NCBI GenBank assembly: GCA_965206595.1
Contig: OZ242214.1
Span: forward strand, 3,648,001 to 3,712,000
Length of the DNA: 64,000 nucleotides
Reading direction: 5' to 3'
From: Candidatus Latescibacterota bacterium
GTDB lineage: Bacteria; Latescibacterota; UBA2968; UBA8231
In this document: one piece after another, positions 58,589-64,000 of the stretch
Numbering within the stretch: the stretch's first letter is position 1
Layout: the number at the start of each line of letters is the position of its first letter
The notes under the pieces: model-generated
Databases searched by the model: none
What the model saw: only the letters and a program-made list of their open reading frames with translations
What the model was told of the DNA's origin: nothing
Position numbers and translations under genes: made by a program

Positions 58589-60186
58589 GTGAGCCCCTCA
58601 GGAGAGCTCGAGCACTATACCTCCTCCGTCGACGGCGAGCCGATTCCGTATGCCGTCTGCGCTACCAGCGCATCCGACGAACCCAAACCACTCATCCTCG
58701 AGGTCAGCCCCGGCGCCATCAGAGATCTCGACGGTAGCCTCCGTCTGACCGAAGAGATCGCCGGGATTGCCGCGAGGAACGGGCGCGACTGCGTCGTCCT
58801 GCGTCCCACCGGACGCGGACCGGGTTCCCTCTACCAGAACTACGGCGAAGTCGACGTGCTCGAAGCGATCGAAGCGGTGGCGAGGCGCTACGCCATCGAT
58901 CGCGATCGCATCACCATCACCGGCGCCTCGATGGGTGGCGCCGCCACGTGGTACCTGATTTCCCACTACCCCGATCTCTTCGCCGCCGCCGCCCCTTTCT
59001 GCGGCTACTGCGACTACCGCCTATGGGAAAAACCGGGGGGGCTCACCTTTCCCATGCACGACTGGGAGGAGCCTTCCTGGCGGGCCCGGTCGGCGGCCTT
59101 CCTGGTCGAGAACCTGCGCCATACGCCGGTCTGGATCGTGCACGGCGAGTGGGACCGCGGCGTGGGTGGCGGGGTACCGGTAGCGCATTCCCGGCAGATG
59201 GCGGAACGACTCGACGCGCTGGGCTTCGAGTTCATATACACCGAGGTGCCGGCGACCGGCCACGGCTGCCGTCTCGATGATATCTGGGAGCAAGTGATCC
59301 TGTGGTTGCTCGCCCGGCGCAAGAAGCGCCATCCCGGCATCGTTTCCCTCGTCACCTGCGATCTGCGGCACAACCGCTCGCACTGGGTGGCCATCGAGCA
59401 GCTGGATCGATACGGGGGCGGTGCGGCTCCGTCGACGCCAGACTGGGCGAAGGGGAGATCGCGGTGAAGGCAGAAGGTGTGCGCACCTTGACGCTGGGTC
59501 CCCTGCCGGGGGACGGCTTTGTGCTGTTTTCGGGCAAGCCCGCGGGAAACCTGCCGGCGGGGGAAACGAGGACCTTTCGACGGGACCCGGACGGCAACTG
59601 GAACCCGATTCTTCCCGACGCTCTCGCGAGGGAAAAACGGCACGGCTGTTCCGGGCCGGTAGGCGACCTGTTCCATGATCCGCTGCTGCTCGTGCCCGGC
59701 ACCGCCGGCACCCAGGAGGAAACCTTCTTCAACAGCTGGGTCGCCTCGGATGCACGCGGCTACTATCGAAGCCGCAACGGCGGCGTCCATCGCGGCGGTA
59801 TAATGGGGGAAAACAGCGTCGACCTGCGCCTAGTCAACGATGTCGATGTCGGCGAGGAATCGATGCGAGCGAACAATCTCCTCCTGTACGGAACGCCCTC
59901 TACCAACCGTCTGCTGGCGCGTTATCGCGACTGCGTGCCGGTGGCTTTTGACCGCAATGAAATCCGCCTGGCCGGCGAATCGTTCAGCGCCAACGGAGTG
60001 GCCGTGTTCGCAATCTTTCCCCACCCGGAGAACTCGAACAGGTGCCTTGCCGTTCATGGCGGCTCGACGCCCGATGCCATCTGCTGGGGCAGCCATCTCG
60101 ACATGCACCTCCTTCCGGATTACCTGGTCTACGCCAGAGGAGAGGTGTTGGAGTGGGGATTCTGGAATAACGAGTGGAAGCGCTGA
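58589..60186 (+). pseudogene. alpha/beta hydrolase (esterase/peptidase S9-like) split by a frameshift
   Basis: GASMGG nucleophile, HGEWD, GH; C-terminal half in another frame from the G5 run at 59414-59418. Confidence 0.75.
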
Positions 60187-60331
60187 GTCGCCAGGGAATC
60201 TGCGCACAGTGCAAGCGGAATGGATCGGGTCCAGGCCTGGGCCTGGAATTCGACCGAGTCGAAGGCGAGCGCTCGGCTGGCGGGCAAGGCCGCGCGACGC
60301 AGATGGATTACCCGGACAGGCTCCTGGTTGG

Positions 60332-60466
60332 TCAGTGCTCGTTGCGGGCATTCCAGCCCGGGTAGAGCTCCTCCAGTGCGGCCAGGGTCCGGTCCGTGCA
60401 ATTGGGATTGCCCGGCGGCGGGAACCAGAAGATCTCTCGCTCTTCTCTGGTGCAGCGCAATCGCAT
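60332..60466 (-). pseudogene. short remnant resembling the C-terminus of PhyH-like dioxygenases
   Basis: REEREIFWFPPPGNPNCTDRTLAALEELYPG. Confidence 0.35.
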
Positions 60467-60501
60467 CGGTTCTCTTGCCGGGCCGGACTTCCCCTGTTGC
60501 G

Positions 60502-61599
60502 CTATCCCTTGAACTTGGGGAACAGGGGATGCTCCAGGGCCTCCGTGTAGGTCTGGAATCGTCCCGACCAGTCGCCGCCGAGCCATCGGTATGGGGTCGG
60601 GTAGAGCGTCAGAGAGCGGTCCTCGAGCGGCAGCTTCAGCGGCACGCTGCCCCGGAGGGCCGAGTACTTGGCGGCAATCGCCACTTCGAGTGACTGCCGC
60701 AGGTCGTGTCCGGATACTGCCAGCTCGCCGCCATTGGTCACCACGTCGAGAAACGACAGGATCGAGGTGCCCAGGTAAGAGAACCGGGGATACTGTTCCG
60801 GTGTGTATGCCCGGTCCACCTGGATGCGGGCGCCGCTGCGGTCGAAGCCCCGGTAGATTTCCGGAGTCGCCCAGTTCCAGCGGATCAGCGCGTCGTCGGT
60901 CCATACTTCGACGCCGCGAAAAGGGGTTTCCCATCCGAACACCGGGCACACGAGGCCGTTGCTCAAGCGGAACTGTCCGTTGATGATCAGGCCCTCGTCG
61001 CTGTCGCTTCGCAGAGCTTCTTCCGGAGTGCCCCAGGCGATGACCTCGGTCACCTCGGCCTTGGCGAGGAGCCGCAGCACGGCGATATGCTGGCAGCCCC
61101 CGCCGGAGATCTCGCCGCCCCCCCACCGGTGCACGCTGGCGCCGCGCAGCTCCCCGTAGTCGCCGGCGCGCAGCCATCCGGCGACGTCCTGGAGGTCCGA
61201 TAGCGCCCGCTTGAGGTTGCCTCCGGCAAAGACGACGCCGCGCTCGGCGCACACGTCGACCATCTCGTCGGCATCGGCGAGGCAGGCCTCGATCGGTTTG
61301 TCGGTTGAGACCCCCTTGACCCCCGCCTGGGCGCTGGCGATCACGGCATCCTTTATGTACTTGCCGGGCAGCACGACGGCGGCGATGTCGGGCACGATTT
61401 CCCGGTACATGGCCTCGGCGTCCGGGTAGAGGGCCGCGATGCCGAAGCGTTCCCCGACCGCCCGGCGCCGCTCCGAGTTGCGTTCGGCGATGGCGACCAG
61501 CTCGGTCCCGGGAAGCGTCTGGTAAACCTCGGCGTAGTGCTGGCCGAGACGTCCGCACCCGATGATCGCAACGGTGTACCTGGGTTCAGTCTCGCTCAT
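60502..61599 (-). CDS. Gfo/Idh/MocA family oxidoreductase
   Basis: IIGCGRLG, PDIAAV, DKPI...LADADEMV; GGAGGAGG RBS. Confidence 0.9.
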   Translation of the reverse strand: MSETEPRYTVAIIGCGRLGQHYAEVYQTLPGTELVAIAERNSERRRAVGERFGIAALYPDAEAMYREIVPDIAAVVLPGKYIKDAVIASAQAGVKGVSTDKPIEACLADADEMVDVCAERGVVFAGGNLKRALSDLQDVAGWLRAGDYGELRGASVHRWGGGEISGGGCQHIAVLRLLAKAEVTEVIAWGTPEEALRSDSDEGLIINGQFRLSNGLVCPVFGWETPFRGVEVWTDDALIRWNWATPEIYRGFDRSGARIQVDRAYTPEQYPRFSYLGTSILSFLDVVTNGGELAVSGHDLRQSLEVAIAAKYSALRGSVPLKLPLEDRSLTLYPTPYRWLGGDWSGRFQTYTEALEHPLFPKFKG

Positions 61600-61719
61600 G
61601 TGTGACTCCTCCTCCTTTGCAAAGAACCGCCTGCCGTACACCGGCTGTGTCCACAGGCTGGTCCCTGTTTCGCTGTGTGCCCGAACCCCCATATCCACCG
61701 AATTGCTCCTCGTCCCCGC

Positions 61720-61856
61720 ATCCCCGGCGCCGCGAAGTGGTCGCCGGTCTCCTTGCGCCATTCCCGAAGACGGGAACGCATGCTCGCCAGCGCCTCGACC
61801 GCCTCAGGGGCGATCGGGAGCCGGTTCGTCACCAATTCGATGTTCGACATCATGTG
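61720..61856 (-). pseudogene. remnant resembling a sulfatase C-terminus
   Basis: EL.TN...PEAVEALASMRSRLREWRKETGD. Confidence 0.4.
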
Positions 61857-61966
61857 GGCGTGCCGATGATCGCCACCCACCATTCGATCCAGCCAAAAAA
61901 AGTTTGTTGGAGGACGATCCTGGTGTGTTACTGACCGGATCTGACTCTCATGGCTCGTGCTGCAAA

Positions 61967-64000
61967 CTATTCACCTTCTTCCGTGTTTCCCATCTCGCGC
62001 CGGAGTTCAGCCAGGCTTTTCAAGGTTTCGGCGACCCCGGGGTGCCCGGGCCCGAAGGACTTCTCCAACAAATCCAGCACCTGCCTGTAAAGGGTCTCTG
62101 CCTCGGCATACCTTCCTTGCCCGCTGAGACGCTGCGCCTGCTGGTTCAGGCTCCTCACGGTGCAGAAGGTCTCGTGATCCGGCAGCCTGCCATCCGGGAA
62201 TCCCCGAGACAGGAAATACCGGACATTGCCGTTCCAGGGCATCAGGCAATACGCGTTGAACAGGTCCTGCTGCGTCCGGTAGAAACCGTACCTGGCCAGC
62301 AGTTGCGCCACCACCTGTTCCTTGCGGATGTCTTCGCGCAGCCTGTCGTCTGCCCGCTCGATATGAGGAAGGGCAGCAGCCTGGAATCGCGGCAGGCGCA
62401 ATTGCGCCGGTGCCGGCTCCAGGGCTGACTGCTTGTCGAAGTAGTGGAGATCGTCGGTATTGACCCGCGTCTCATCGCCGATCATCCTGGCCATGGCCGC
62501 GCCGTCCAGCCAGAAAAACCCGGCGATACGTGCGACCGTGTCGATCTGGTACTCGCGCGCGCGAAACCATCCGGGCAAGCGGTCCAGCTGTTCCTGCAGG
62601 TATTCGGCATCGAGCCTGAAGGGTTCGGGAGTTGCCACCAGAAACGCCTGGTCGGAGCCGTAGACATACCAGAAGGTGGAGTTGGGAAACACGCTCCGGA
62701 ACGTTTTAAGGTGTATCCTGAACAGATCGCCCTGCATATTGCCGAGAACCGGTACCCACTGCGCGAAGATGCCCCCGGGAAGCAGACGCTCGGCGACCGC
62801 CCGGTAAAACTCTTCCGTGTACAGGACCCAGCTGTCGTAGGCGCGCGGATGAGTCGAATCGCTGATGATCACGTCGTAGCGCTTGCTGCTGGTCACCAGG
62901 TAATTGCGGCCGTCATCATGGTGAAAATGGAATCTCGGCCTGTGAAACACATCCCCGTTCACATCCGCAAACAGGTCGTTGATACCTTCCACATCGGGAT
63001 TCAGGTCGACGACATCGAGGGAGGAGACCCGGTCCGAAGCCAGTACCGAGCCCGCCGTGATACCGGCCCCGAAGGCGATCACCAACGCCTGTTTGGGTTC
63101 CTCCGCCTCATGGATCAGCACTGGAAAACTTCCCAGCAGCTTGAACAACTGGGTGTGCCAGTAGCGGGTTGACGCTTCCTCGACCCCGTTCAGGTACATA
63201 TCGCGGTACGTGCCTCTTCTGGGATCCACCTGGTCGAGGACGGTAACGGTGGCGACCCGTCCCTCCTGAATAAGTCGAACTTCGGTCGACCGCGCCTCGG
63301 TAAACTCCCCGATCTTCCCGGCGTACAGGTCCATCATCTTCGGGAGCGCCGCGGCAAGAACACCCGCCAGGGCGGCAACGCCGAGCACGGTGGCTGACCA
63401 ACGCCGGAAACCCCGGTCCGGAGGAAGCAGATTGAAGACGCCCACAGCCGCGCAGGCGGATGCCAGGCCGATGAGAACGCCCTGCACTCCGATCAGGGGG
63501 ACGAGATAGTGGTTCGCGAGGCCGGCGCCGAGCAGACCCCCAGCCGTATTGAGCGCATACAGGGTGGCGGCTTCCCGCGTCGCCGCGTCGCGTTCCTGCG
63601 GCTGGAGCATCCTGATCGCCAGCGGCAACAGCGCCCCGATCAGAATCGTCGGAGCGATTATGATCGCGATGACAGGGATCAGAATCCCGAAACTGGCGGG
63701 GCCGAACTGCGCCGACTGGTCCGTGCCGAGCACCCAATCGGTCAGCAGGAGATAAGGAGTCAGCAGCACGAAGGCCCCCGCGGCGAGCGCGGTGAAACCG
63801 AAGAGGCGGTCGCTTCTGCGCCTGTTGCGTCGCAATACCCCGTAGAGCCATGTCCCCGAAACGGCGCTGATTCCGGTTCCCAGGAGAAAACCTGTGAGCA
63901 CGACCGGGAATACTGGCGCGCTGTTCCCCAGGTAGAGAATACCCAGCCTGGTCAACAGAACCTGGTAAGCCAGGGCGACGAAACCCACCGCGAAGGTTGC
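61967..64000 (-). CDS. fused membrane domain/spermidine synthase-like protein with C-terminal TPR (5' end outside window)
   Basis: TM helices with LYALNTAGG, LVIAFGAGITAG, DDGRNYL, YDVIISD, LYTEEFY, GGIFAQW; AETLY..L..LEKSFGPGHP.VA TPR. Confidence 0.88.
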   Translation of the reverse strand, partial: ATFAVGFVALAYQVLLTRLGILYLGNSAPVFPVVLTGFLLGTGISAVSGTWLYGVLRRNRRRSDRLFGFTALAAGAFVLLTPYLLLTDWVLGTDQSAQFGPASFGILIPVIAIIIAPTILIGALLPLAIRMLQPQERDAATREAATLYALNTAGGLLGAGLANHYLVPLIGVQGVLIGLASACAAVGVFNLLPPDRGFRRWSATVLGVAALAGVLAAALPKMMDLYAGKIGEFTEARSTEVRLIQEGRVATVTVLDQVDPRRGTYRDMYLNGVEEASTRYWHTQLFKLLGSFPVLIHEAEEPKQALVIAFGAGITAGSVLASDRVSSLDVVDLNPDVEGINDLFADVNGDVFHRPRFHFHHDDGRNYLVTSSKRYDVIISDSTHPRAYDSWVLYTEEFYRAVAERLLPGGIFAQWVPVLGNMQGDLFRIHLKTFRSVFPNSTFWYVYGSDQAFLVATPEPFRLDAEYLQEQLDRLPGWFRAREYQIDTVARIAGFFWLDGAAMARMIGDETRVNTDDLHYFDKQSALEPAPAQLRLPRFQAAALPHIERADDRLREDIRKEQVVAQLLARYGFYRTQQDLFNAYCLMPWNGNVRYFLSRGFPDGRLPDHETFCTVRSLNQQAQRLSGQGRYAEAETLYRQVLDLLEKSFGPGHPGVAETLKSLAELRREMGNTEEGE

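Noticed and set aside
18506-64000. Prophage or intact mobile element
   Set aside because: No integrase, transposase, phage structural or conjugation genes recognised; no duplicate tRNA end found by eye

Overview
GC-rich bacterial chromosome segment. The gene repertoire (FG-GAP/CRTAC1 proteins, FlgD/CTD-tailed secreted paralogues, a PorV-like barrel, a DUF6785-type transporter and a 'TAVE..TW.RIK' tail) suggests an FCB-group lineage such as Latescibacterota; this is inference. 1-18.5 kb is core-like: pyrF, tRNA-Pro/Arg/His, rfaE2, then an envelope gene run (giant FG-GAP/Ig surface protein, CRTAC1-like protein, PorV-transglutaminase-TPR fusion, CpoB-like, bamD) continuing into nadD, thrC and tRNA-Arg(ACG). 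After that tRNA the region is mosaic and accessory. It holds a large cluster of uncharacterised secreted and outer-membrane proteins (three paralogous CTD-tailed proteins, an Asp-rich OM protein, a GT-C/TPR glycosyltransferase, CRTAC1s, SurA-like chaperones) and an hcnABC-like hydrogen-cyanide-synthase operon with an apparent hcnA-hcnB fusion beside an MFS gene with a repeat-containing 5' UTR. It also holds an acid-sugar catabolic cluster and many pseudogenes or remnants. No integrase, transposase, CRISPR array or rRNA was recognised. The best candidates for undescribed biology are the T9SS-like cargo/anchoring system (3.6-16.6 kb and 22-43.6 kb) and the cyanide synthase-like locus (46-50.4 kb). 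All protein calls come from motif recognition, not database searches.
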